DNA of 64,000 nt, taken from contig CAJINV010000019.1 in NCBI GenBank assembly GCA_905178155.1, positions 976,913-1,040,912 of the forward strand, written 5' to 3'. This DNA is from Amoebophrya sp. A120 (Eukaryota > Protista > Dinoflagellata). The translations under genes and the position numbers were made by a program. The notes under the pieces were generated by a model that saw nothing but the letters and a program-made list of their open reading frames with translations, did no database searches and was not told where the DNA came from. Position 1 is the first letter of the stretch; each line of letters opens with the position of its first letter. Below are positions 1-11,500 of this stretch, in pieces.

Positions 1-11
1 CATCAAAGTAG

Positions 12-2829
12 TGGTGTCTACCTGCGTACAAAGTTCTGGAAAAGAAAACCTTCAAGTTTATGGCCATTCTATCTGCATCTTTTCAAAGTGGATAAAAAAT
101 TTTCAGGGTCTCCGGGCATAGGCATTGCGCTGCTTTACGTTTGTGATGTGCCTTTGTCGCGCATGAAATGCATTTGGGCCATGCGCATCAAGTTATCTAG
201 TTGAGAAGGCGGCCATGTCGCCGCAGCGAGGACTATCCCGCGCACGGTCCCAGGTCATTTTTGAGTCTTTGGCGAAGACCACTTGGCTTCGGAGATAATC
301 ATGTCCACCAAGAGAAGCCGAGCGGCCTCCGATCGCTTCCTGCCCTCCCCATGTGCGGCGGAGTTGCAGGCGGCACCCCCCGACTCTTCGATGTGGCAGA
401 AGAAGTCGGAGATCTGGCTCTGGGTCACATCCACAGCGGCTCTACGATTTTCGCTCGACACCCCCCGCGCAGCTTCCTCGGCAGAGGATGTGTGGGCGGC
501 CAAGTTGCGAGGCTGCTTGGTTCACTCCGCCACCCCAACGTCGCTGGGAACATCAACGCCCCCGCCTTCACGCCCGGTTTTTGCCCTTTTCCTAGCTTTC
601 CAGATTTTGTGCTTCTGCGCAGCGCCCTCATGCGATTGCGTGAGTAATGGGCGCCAATCCAAGCGGGCCACGCTTCAGTAGCGCGATCCCATGCGGCACA
701 GCCCCTCTCGGGGAAGCCTGCGCGTGGCAGCCCCATCGGTACGAATTGCCTTGGTTGGGTTTGGTAGGGAAGGCTTTCAAGGCCATGGCCGTCTGTGTTG
801 TGGTGGGGCCAAAACGGACTGGAGGGGTGGGCGCGCTGGCAAAGCTGTAAACTAGGGGCAGGCTCCGGCGGCCTACGCCTTCTCCTGCCTACCTCTAGCA
901 CTAGTAGGTCCTGGGGCCTACGCGAACTTTGCCCGCACACAGGCCGGGACGCCCTGGGCCCCGGCGGAAAGATTCGCCGAGGGCTTCTGAAGCTGGAAGC
1001 TTTCTCCTTTTTGGGACCCTTGCTGAGGACCCTCCGGGAGGGGTAGCCAAAAACACTACTACGAGGAAGCTTCCCCCCCTACTAGTAGTTTTGGAAGCTT
1101 CCCCCACTGCTACGAGGGTTCCGGAAAAAACCCCTTTTAGGGGTCTCGCGGGTGGGCCTTTCTTCGCAGAATCTAAAGAATTCCCGGAGACCCAGGGACG
1201 CGACTTCTAGAAAAATGGCGCCGCGAATTTAGCTTTTTGGCGCAGTGCGCCGGCAATAGCCTGCCCGCCCCCTAAGAACGCAACCTGCCCGGCGGAGTGC
1301 GATATCGCCTGCGAAGGTTGTAGCGCTTTTGATAGCGGGCCACCCAAGGCATGCAGCGCTGGGCTTTTTGCGAGGGTTTTCAGGATGCGGCGCAGGATGA
1401 TTATTCTCAGTGATTTCGCTATGGCGGGGTCCTTGACACAGACCAAGCTGCGGCGTGGCAGCGACTGCCCCGCCTGCGAAGCCTTTGGCCCGTTGAGAAA
1501 TGTGCCGCACGAATAAGGCGACTCAGGCAGCCCCGGCAGCAGTGGCCTGCGGCTGTTGGGGAGCCGCTGCCCAGAAGTATGCAAGCGCGAGGCGGCCTGA
1601 TCGCCCTGCGTGGCGTTTTAGATTGTCCGGCAGGCCGAATCAGGACCCCGCGGCCCGCTGCGATTGTTTTTTGGGCCGCCGCCCCCGCTCCCCGCGCGCA
1701 CTTCCAAGGGCCGGCCCGTCCGCGAACACTTCGTGGCGGCCGCTGACAGCAACCGCCGGCCCTGCAAATACGCCCTGCAAATAGGCAGGGCGCCACCCGC
1801 CACGGGCTAGTGGGTGCCCAGCGCCATGCATCCGGCAGGCCTGCCGGCGCAATGCCCTACTTGTAGATCTTCTGCGGCTGGCGGGGCACTCTGGTGGCGG
1901 CCCTGCGCTGGCTCGTGGGCAGGCTGCCGGGCCGGCGCGCGAACAAGCAGGCCGCCGCGGTATGGTGGCGCAGGCCATCCCGGCTAGGCCCCCAGGCCAT
2001 CCCGCAGGCCACCGCGGAAGAGGCCGCCGGCTTTCGAGGCCCCCTGCTGGAAAAATGAAGCGGCGCGATGGGCTGCACTGATCTACCCGGACAAACGGCG
2101 CGACTCGATACGGGCGCGGCTACGGCGAAAACGGCGCGCCGCGCTGAAATGTCCAGAATCCGCAGGGCGCGATTTTTTCCCCGATGCTGGCACACACCGT
2201 GTTCAGCAACGTCCAGAATCCGCAGGGCGCGATTTTAGGCACGACGGCACGATGGGGCCAAAACAGAAAGCCAGGACCTTTGACAAACCAGACAAAAAAC
2301 GAGGCCCGGAGAACTTTCGCAAGACTTTCGCTGGGTGGCGAAAAGGAGGCCAAAACGCGAGGCAAATTGGCTCCGGTTTTTTACCCTAGGCCGCATTGTA
2401 TGCTGCGTTTTTGCGGTTGGCCTCCATCGCGCAAACCTCTGCCCCAGCGAAAGTTCTCCGGAAGGCTTCCGCGACTGCCGGCCACCGGCAGACGAACGCC
2501 GCAAAAAGCCCAGCAGGAAGGCAACAAGCCACCCGGCCCGCTGCCTGCTTCCGCCGTTCTTCCCCAATGTCCGGCAGCAGTCTGCTGGCTGGCGTCTTCT
2601 CTTGCTGCCCGCCCGGTGCTTCAGGAGTCGCGTCTGCTTCTGGACACCCATACCAGCACCGCCACCGTGGCAAAGGAAAATAAAATACCAAGAGCGAGCC
2701 AACGGCCCTACAGAGATGAGAAGGCGACTGAGTAAAATACCCCCACCATAGCATGCGGCGAAAAGTCGCGCCCTGCGGAATCTGGTGTCTACCTGCGTAC
2801 AAAGTTCTGGAAAAGAAAACCTTCAAGTT
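12..2829. mobile_element. GC-rich degenerate insertion bounded by perfect 47-bp direct repeats (12-58, 2783-2829)
   Basis: TGGTGTCTACCTGCGTACAAAGTTCTGGAAAAGAAAACCTTCAAGTT occurs at both ends. The interior is GC-rich with no convincing ORF and has a ~28-bp near-tandem duplication at ~2150/2210. Confidence 0.5.
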
Positions 2830-2967
2830 CAAATTGTGTCGATAATTGCAGCCGTTAGGCATGTAAGTGAGTAAGTACTTTGGCTTTGCTTCCGTCGCGC
2901 TACCACTACACCTCAACAAGCACACGCCGAAACAAAAAGACCACAAAGAACAAAGCCGAGCGCCTGC

Positions 2968-5900
2968 TCATGTTATCTGTATGAACGCCCCAAAATCTGG
3001 CACGGTCAAGATGTTTTTCTGCCTTCGAAATTCCTCGATTTCAAACTCCCCACACTGCTTGCTGTCGCTGTTCAGGTACAATTGCGTTAACTGTTTCAGC
3101 CCGTGGATCTGTGCCTCCATGTGGTCATTTTCCTTCTCCACCTTTGATTTCGCGATATCCAAATACGCCGGGTGTTCCTCTTTTGCCAACCGGTATTCGT
3201 CATCGTACCCGTCCCCTCCGTGGTTAATCGGCCCGTAGATCTCCATGCCGCCGAAGTCAATCGACTTGGCGTATCGTAAGGAAAAATCCCCCCTCCCCAC
3301 ACTGAAAAGGAAAAGGTATACTGCTGGAAGTTTGCGATGCTGAGTTGTTGGTGTCTGTCTTGCAAGAAAGCAAACCCAAAAGGCCCCCACGCATTATATA
3401 TACGGGCGGTTTGTGATGCTGTTGGGCCTACAGCGTGGACTTTTGTCATGCTGAGCGCCTAGGCCAAAACCTCTCCACTCCGGCTTGATATTATGGGCCT
3501 GCAGTCCTCCACTGCAAGACAAATCTGATTTGTGTACGCAAGTCCAGCATCACAAAGGTCCTTCTCGATATGGGGAGAAGGGGATTTTTCCTTTTGATAT
3601 GGCGTAGAATTTCGTCACGGACTTTTGCAGTTTTTCCAACTCCAAACTGAGTTCCCGGAAATTCACCTTGCAGGCGACCAAGTCCACCGGATTCAGAGCC
3701 TGGGTCAACCGCAAACACGCCTCGATGAAGTCCGAGAGCAATACCGACTGCTTCTCCAACGCAATGGAGCTGGCCGTGTTGCTCAGTTTCTGGAAGATGT
3801 GCTTGATTCGGTGATGCGTGATGCCGCCCTTTTCCAGCGCAAAGCGCAGCTGCTCGTCGTTCCGCATCACGTCCCGAAATTGCGCCATGGAAACCCGAAT
3901 CGACCTTGCGAATTCGTCCATGTTGCGGGATTTTTGCTTCTGCTCGACCAGTATCACTTGCAAATATGTCTGGGTCTGGAAGGTTGAAACTTGTGATGCG
4001 AATTTCGTAACACACACAAATTTCTCATGCACAGGCAGCAAAAGGCGCCCATTTACTGTCACCAAAAAGTTAAGTAGGATTTGTCATGCGGAATGGGCAT
4101 TGCGCAAGGGTCTTGAAATCTGTTATGCTAGGGCTTCCATGACAGTCTTTCTGTGTAATGCAAAAACAGCATGACTCTTCGTCTTCCAGACCCAGACTAC
4201 ATTTATTTTGCATTTGATAACCACCACGTTGGACGCGAAAACCGACTTCGCCTGCAGCATCGCCTGCGATAAATGTAAAAGTGTCTGGGTCTGGAAGAAT
4301 GCAACTTGTCATGCTAAATCTGAAGCATACAAAAATCTGTGTTGCATGATGGATTACCAAAAGTCGTCCAGTTTTGACCAAGTCGGGAGGGAGTTTGTCA
4401 TGCAGGATAGGCATGAGAGGGATCGCACAGAATCTGTCACGCTAGGTCCTGCATTCCAGAGCTCATGGGCCATGGAAAAGCTGCATGACAAATCGCGCAT
4501 TGTTCCAGACCCAGACATTTTTGCGTTTGATACCTGCTTGGCCGCGACCACGGCCTCGCCGCGCAACCGCGACTTCTCCGTTTGCACGATGGTGTAGGAC
4601 TGCGTCACCATCACTCCGACGATCAGGTTCATCAAGCCCAGAGCGGTGAGCACGACGAAAGCGAGCAGGAAAATGAAGACGAACAAATTGCCCTCGGAAA
4701 CCTCCGTGATCAGCGAGAACCAGGTGCTGTTATCCAAGAAAAAAACTGTGTTAGTGTAACTTTCTTTGGTTGACAGCATTACAAATTTGCTCTACATGAC
4801 AGAGAAAACCTGTCATGCGTGGTTTGTAAGGGAAAACATACATGAAAAGAGGACGGCATGGCTGTCTGGCATGACAGGTGTAACTCTCTTGCATGTTCTG
4901 CATCACAGATTTACACTTACACAGTTTCTTCCTTGGATAACTGTCCGCGACGTCGTAATCGCTGTCGAAGGTGATTTATCCAGTGAAAATAGAATGTCTG
5001 GAAACTTGTGATGCAAGGAAGGGAATTATAGGGAGCGCGCTGTAATGCGCTGCCAAGCATGACAAGTTTTTCCCTGGTTCTGAGTTGCGTACTCCGCATG
5101 AAAAGCTGCGTTTTTTGCATGACAGGCAAGAGGAGCTCTTTGCGACCACGTAATACAGAGTTCAGAGTCGTGCCAGGATAGCATGACAAATCTCGCAATC
5201 TTCCAAACCCAGACATATTTGCAATGCATATGATGATCTGCAGCATCCGGTACATCGCATTAAATAGGGAGTCCCATTTCCCCTTCCAATTGCCGCGCTC
5301 GTTCGTCGGAATGGACTCTTTCACGATGATCGCACCGACGTAAATCATGATCGCCAGCATCAGGGTTGCCCAGAACAGGGTCCCGACCGCCTGGACCATG
5401 CCCTCCATCAGCAGCCAGAGTTCCCGCAAGGCGTTGAACAAACGGATGATTCGGATCAACCTCAACAGCCGAAACACGCGAAACACGCTCGCCATGCGGC
5501 CGTCGAAGGATTCTCCCATCCAACGGAGGATATACTCCAACGCGCCGAGCAGCAAAATAATCGTGTCGAATACCACCCACGGGTCGCGGAAAAACTTCTT
5601 GGAGTTTTTCAGCGTGTCGGGCAGCCAGCGGAAGATTTCGGAGCGTTCCATGCGGGGAAAGAGGCCGAAGAGCAGGGTGTCGTCGCTGTAGTTCTCCAGC
5701 TGGTTCAGTAGCACCGCGCGCTGCAGCAGTTCTAGACAGAAAACCGCGTAGAAAAAGGAGTCGATGAGCGTCCACATGGTATCGGCGTCCTTCGCGACGT
5801 TATCGGCCTTCAGCCCGATCGCGATGCCGTTGGAAATGACGAAAAACCCGTAAAAAATGTCAAAGCGGTCCCACACCAGCGCGTCCTGTTCCGCCTGCTT

Positions 5901-6687
5901 TTCCTTCTTGGCCCGCTGAATTTCGCCGTCGGTTTGCGCGACGATCGGGGCCTGCTGTTTTTGCGCGGACTGGTGGTGTTGGGAACTGGGGGACAGGGCT
6001 TCCTGGTTGGGCTTGTCCCCGGTCGTCTCGCCCGGCTTCTGCAGTTGGCGGACTAATGTTGTAAATGTATATATTGATCGCTGTGTGAGGACGTCACAAT
6101 TGAACTTTTGTTATGCAGAGGACCGCAACAAACGCCGCTTCGCACCACATCGTCCATACCTGAATGCAATAAAATCAAAACACACAAAAAAAAGAACCTT
6201 TCCGCAGTCTCCGTGGCTCCTTGACTGCAACCACACTCGACGGGGCCGTCGGGTCACTGCGAAACCTGTGGCTCGAGGCACTCCGGTCAACCGTTGTGTT
6301 CAGTTCCAGCGTATCAAATGCAAAGACGTCCGGGTGTGGAAAGTTCGAACTTGTAATGCTGGTCTCGCATTCCTGTAATTGTGAACGCTAACGCAGTCTG
6401 TGTTGCATGACCGAGAACAAAAAGTCGCAGCCTCCTTTGTCATACAAAAACACAGTTTCTCATGCCGACTGCGCATGCAGTGACAGCGTTCTGGAAAGTT
6501 GTCATGCGTGGCTGCATTTGGAAGTGTTTGCATCATCCACACTTTAGCATCACAAGTTTCGAGACCCAACCATATTCTGTTACAGTGCATACAACGGCCC
6601 ATCGGCAGCAGCAGAACTTCTCGGTGATTTTCCTCCTGTACCCGACTTTTTCCCCGCGCTGCTGGACCCCGAGTGCCCGGACCGGGC
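2968..6687 (-). CDS. Voltage-gated cation channel 6TM (Ion_trans) domain with C-terminal tail; multi-exon, downstream channel repeat or gene
   Basis: S4 VFRVFRLLRLIRIIRLF, pore MLQIITFDS..TWFSL, S6 LGLMNLIVGVM. The frame is restored by removing 6 introners and a GT-AG intron at ~6053-6198. The 5' end is uncertain and may join the upstream channel repeat. Confidence 0.8.
3272..3599. mobile_element. Introner family E
   Basis: TIR TATC..AGGAAAAATCCC; DR TGGCG; splicing gives KFYA|KSID. Confidence 0.85.
3952..4219. mobile_element. Introner family A
   Basis: TIR with GTCTGGGTCTGGAA; DR ACCAG/ACCAC. Confidence 0.8.
4268..4532. mobile_element. Introner family A
   Basis: TIR; DR CCTGC. Confidence 0.85.
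4731..4939. mobile_element. Introner family D
   Basis: TIR TATCCAAG..AAACTGTG; DR GCTGT/ACTGT. Confidence 0.8.
4977..5230. mobile_element. Introner family A
   Basis: DR TGATT/TGATG; splicing gives LQII|TFD. Confidence 0.8.
6312..6591. mobile_element. Introner family A (diverged)
   Basis: TAT...ATA; DR CAGCG/CAACG. Confidence 0.7.
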
Positions 6688-8505
6688 TATTGTATTTAAA
6701 AACGTCCCCACCCCATTACTATCTATTATATTCATGCGAAAAAAGAGGTCTACAGAGGATAGAAGAGAGGTGGCCGAGAGGTCAAAAAGAGGTGAAAAGA
6801 GGTCAAAAAGAGGTCGACAGAGGTGGAGAGGTGGCGCGGGAGGTCATTCGAGGGGGTGGCCGAGAGGTGGCGCGGGTATAGCCAGCCGAACCGTTCACCC
6901 TAAAGCCGCGCCTATGGGGGACGGAGGTGGCCGAGAGGTTCGGGAGAGGGTAAGCGAGAGGGGGACAGAGGTGCCGAGAGGTTGCGCGAATAAGGGCGAA
7001 CCTCTCGCGCACCCTCTGGGCCACCTCTCGGCCACCTCTGTAGACCTCTACCGGCGAGTATAGCCGGACTATTAGCAACACCTCTCGGGAGAGGTCAAAA
7101 AGAGGGTCTGCGAGAGGGGTAGAAAAACCCGAATCCGCCCGGCACGAGGCAGGCTGATTCTTTTGTGGCCTTTTCAACGGGATCGGGCCCCAATGGGCCC
7201 GGAAATAAAAAAATCATGAATCCCAAAAGAAAAACGAAAAAAAAAATTTTTGCACTGCCGCCCTATTGTGCCAAACCACTCCGCCGGGGCTCGCTCGATA
7301 GGAAATCTGTAGGCCCTAAAATAACGCCGGGGCTTTGTCAACAGGCTGCGGACCTGTGGGCTCCGGGGTTTTCGAAGAACTGCGCCACATGAAATCGAGC
7401 ACGCAACTTTTGTTCGGGCAAACACAACGTCACCGAAAAAAAAGAAAAACACCGAATAAATTTGCGCCAAAAAATTGCTTTCTTTGCGACATGAGTGCGA
7501 CACGGGTGCGACACCGGTGCGACATTTTTCGGGTGCTTCCTGAAAAAAAAACCACGGCCGAAAGCCGATCTTTTTTAATTATTTCAGATTTTTTGTCGCA
7601 ACAAAGGCGATTTTTTGTCGCAGAATTAATTGGCCACTCGCCCACCCAAAACTTTCCCACCCAACATCCCTCTCCCACCCCGAAGCACACACCGGCAACA
7701 TGGGCTCCCTCTGCCGGCCCCACTCCAATCCCTTGCGCCCAAGCCTGCTTTTCCCGCCCAACCCACAAACCCAAGACACACAACCAGAAAAAGAAAACGC
7801 ACCAGCGAGCGGCTGCAAGAACTGCAAAAACCCTGCGAAAACTTAAAAGCGCGAAAATTTTCCGGCTTTTGTGATTTTTTTGCTTTTCTGACTACTGGGG
7901 GCCGATCCCGTTGAGCCTTTTCATGCATAAGCTGGCCCGAACCGTCTCGCGCACCCTCTCGCGCCACCCTCTCGCGCACCCTCTCGCGCCACCCTCTCGC
8001 GCCACCCTCCCGCGCCGGGCGGCTTCTGTTCGCCCCCGGCGTCCTTTGCAGCTGCTCCCTGCGCAGAGCGCCCACAGGCGCGGGAAGCGCGCAAGTGGTC
8101 GTGCGGGTTGGCGCCGCGCAAACAGGCGGCAGGACTCCAGTATGCTTCATTATGCATATTAGGCCTGTGGCATTGTGGCCCGATCCGCAAATAGACCTGC
8201 CCCGCCCCAACAGCCTTGCGCCCCGGCATCAGCCGGGGCATGGCTGGTAGTTGTAATGCAAATCTGCATGCTGAGAATGTTTCTCATGCGGAGCCCCAGG
8301 AGAAGCATTTTCTAGTCGTGTTTCGGAATTTGTCATGATCCAATCAGCATGGTAGACTAGATCTGTGATGCTGCTCAGCTAGCTCAAACAGCACTACGCT
8401 ACGAGTCCAAATCTGTCATGCGAAACAGCCAAAGCTTGTGGATTTGTCTAGCCGATTCCCCATCTTGACTATGGGGTGGGGAAGTTTTTACATAGGATAC
8501 CGATA
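6688..8505. mobile_element. Introner family B expanded by a nested 1.5 kb insertion
   Basis: TIR AAAAACGTCCCCACCCC / GGGGTGGGGAAGTTTTT; DR CGGGC; body similar to 39583-39862. Confidence 0.75.
6716..8247 (+). mobile_element. Non-autonomous Helitron-like element nested in an introner
   Basis: Splits the family-B introner sequence CCCCA|TAGTTG between A and T with no TSD. 3' hairpin GCCCCGGC-ATCA-GCCGGGGC (8220-8239) followed by CTGG. Internal GAGAGG/CCTCTCGCG repeats. Confidence 0.55.
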
Positions 8506-11500
8506 CGGGCGGAGTGGAGACTCGTCCCGGCGGCTGCAGCGGCGTCGTGGCCGCCGGGCTGCTCCACCGCTGCAACAAGAACCGCGCTCGTCGCTTCGGG
8601 TCCGCCTTTGTTCCTGAGCGGGCTGTTATCCGGACTGGAAAACAAGTCGATTGCCGCCTCGTCCTGCTGATTTTCGCCGGTATTACCTCCGCCCCTAGCA
8701 CCTCCGGGCTTCGTTTCTGCCCTTGCCTTGAACATAGACTGGAAGGGTCCCATCAGACGCCAAATGTCGTAGGAGCATTTTCGCTCTCCAGTGCAAAAGT
8801 ATCGCACTCGTATAAATGCATGACAAATTCTTCCCTCAGCATGAGAAATAAAATTTGTCATGCGGATTTACCTTTGGAAAAAAATTTTTAATGCATGATT
8901 GCAATTACTACGAGTACGATACTTTTGCACAGGATATTCGCAGCGCGTTGAAGGATTCAAACAGGTCCTTCTCAACGAAATCCAGGTGCCCGCTGATTTT
9001 CCCCTATCCTGTGCAAAAACGTCCCTCATGCAGATTTGGAACGACAGGAACACTTGTAATGCGCTTCCCCATGCCAGGCATTTCTAATCGAGTTGTGGCG
9101 TTTGTAATGCTGCAAACAGGATAAGCGGATGGATTTGTGCTGCGGATATCCTTGCTAACATGCACTACACTGCGGACTGTAACTTGTCGTGCGTGGCTCC
9201 TAAAGGTTCTGCATTTGTGTTGCTAAGTTCCCAACTTGACTATGGGGTGGGGACGCTTTTACATATGATATCCCCACGGAGCAGTTTATCTGCACCATTT
9301 TCACCGCCGACACCTTTGATCCCACGAAAAAAGTGTCACATATTGTGTTGCAAGCCCAGCGTGGCAGACAACCTCTGTCATGCCAGAAATGCTTGCGACC
9401 CTCATTTCATACGTGTTTTGTTGGTTTTCCCTTTATGATCTTTGCATTACAAGTTTTTTCTCTCATGCGGAGAAAATTTGTGTTGCTGAAGTCACAGCAA
9501 ATGTGTAACTGTAACACTTTTTTCGTGGGATACCTTTTCCAACGAGGCCAGCAGTGCTTCGAAGTAGTCATCCGCCAGAATCACGTTGTCGCCCGGCCTG
9601 GCCTCCCGCATCTCCGAATAAACCTCGATCAAATTGCGAAACTGCAACCCGTATCATATGTAAAAACGTCCCCATCCCATTGGGAACTTAGCTCGCAACA
9701 CAAATCCACAAGTTTTGGGAGCGACGCGTGACAAGTTGCAGTCCGTAGTGTAGTGCATGTTTATGTTAGCAAGGACAACCGCATTACAAATCCATCTGCT
9801 TATCCTGTTTACAGCATTACAAAGTCCAAAACGCGACTGGAAATCATGCCTCTACTTATGGAGATGCGCATTACAAATTCAAATCTTCCTGTAGTCGCAA
9901 GTCTGCATGACAACTTTGGGGTGGGGACGTTTTTACTCAGGATAATCCGCACCGGTCGAACAGCTTCTTTGCGGTGGGGTCTTCGTACAGGCGGCCTAGA
10001 ATTGCGAGTGTGTATCCACTGCAAAAGCATCGTACTCGTATTGCAGTCATGCGTTACAAGTCTTTTTCTTAAGCTAAATCAGCATTACAAATTTTATTGC
10101 TGAGGAAATTTGTAATGCAATTTATACGAGTACGATTATACTTTTGCAATGCATAGCGTAACGTAGGTGACGATGTTATCGTCCTCCACATCCTCCTCCT
10201 TCTTTTTCTTCTCCCTCTCACTGCCCCGAAAATTGGTCATCATGGACTCCGAGCGCCGCATCAACGATTGCTTCATTTTCCCCGCAACGCCGCCCGCGGC
10301 TCCTGCACCTCCGGGAGGTTGTACCGCCGCCACTACTTTGCTCGCTGACAGGCCACGCTTTAGTTTACCCGCGAATCCTAACGCTGCGGTGGGCATTTTG
10401 GTGAGGGGTTTCTTTGCAGCACCTGCTGTGGCATCGTCTGTTGTCCCGGCATTTTTGTTCTCGTCTTCGACCACCTCGATCCTCACGGCGTCGGAAGTAG
10501 TTGCCGCGGCGCCACCGGTTGCTGGATCTTCTTCTCCAGCTTGTTGCAACGAAGCTGCTGCTCCTTGCTGCCCCTCCAGCTGACCCACTGTTGGTGCGTC
10601 ACCATCTGTACTAGCCGCGGGGGCGCCATTTGTAGTTGCGGCACGACTCCCTTCTTCTGCGAGAAAGTGGTCCCCTTCCATTGCGAGGGCTTTTGTGACG
10701 TCGTAGCTCATATGCATTGCACAAGTATCTTACTGGTGGAAATCGCATCAGAAATATTCCACGAATGACAAATGGAATTTGTATTGTGGATTGACCTTAA
10801 GAAAGAGATTTGTATTGCATGACTGCCATTACTAAGAGTGCGATACTTTTGCAATGCATAGTTCACTTCTTCTCCGCCTCCTTCGGGTCTGTCCTTCTTG
10901 GCGCCACCTGACGTGGATGGTAAACTCCGGGCCCCCGCGCCGTCCGCGTCGCTGCCCGAGATTTTCTGCCGCGCAACCAGGCGCTTCTTCTTCGCGGCGG
11001 TAACGAAACTCGGCGCGACGGAGGCCTCCCCCGCCTTGTACGCGTTGTAACCGGCGTCGGTCTATGCATTGCAAAAATGTCAGGCTGGAGGTCTAGAAAG
11101 TTGTGATGCATGTCAGTGAATAGAAAGCGCACTGCATTAATGCACTGCCAAGCATGACAGACTTTTCCGTGGCTCCGTGTTGCGGAATATTCCGCATGAC
11201 AGAGACAGACAGCGTTTTTGCATGACAGACAAGAGGAGCCTCTTGCTGGCCACGCAATACAGAGCTCCGTGTCATGCCAGACTAGCATGACAGATCTCGC
11301 ATTTGATACGGTCTTCAGGATGTGGTGAATGTCCTCCTTCATCGCGTTCGCCTGGAGCCACGTCTATCCCAGAGAAAAAAGCTGGCAGGGCATACTTAAC
11401 TTGGTTGTAATGCAAAAATATATACACAGAAAGATCTGCATTGCATATCCGAAGCAGCATGCTATGGGGCCGTCCATGACAAGTTTTTCTGTGCATTCAT

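Noticed and set aside
201-2751. ORFs in the first GC-rich block
   Set aside because: No recognisable domains, and overlapping ORFs in all frames as expected from GC content.
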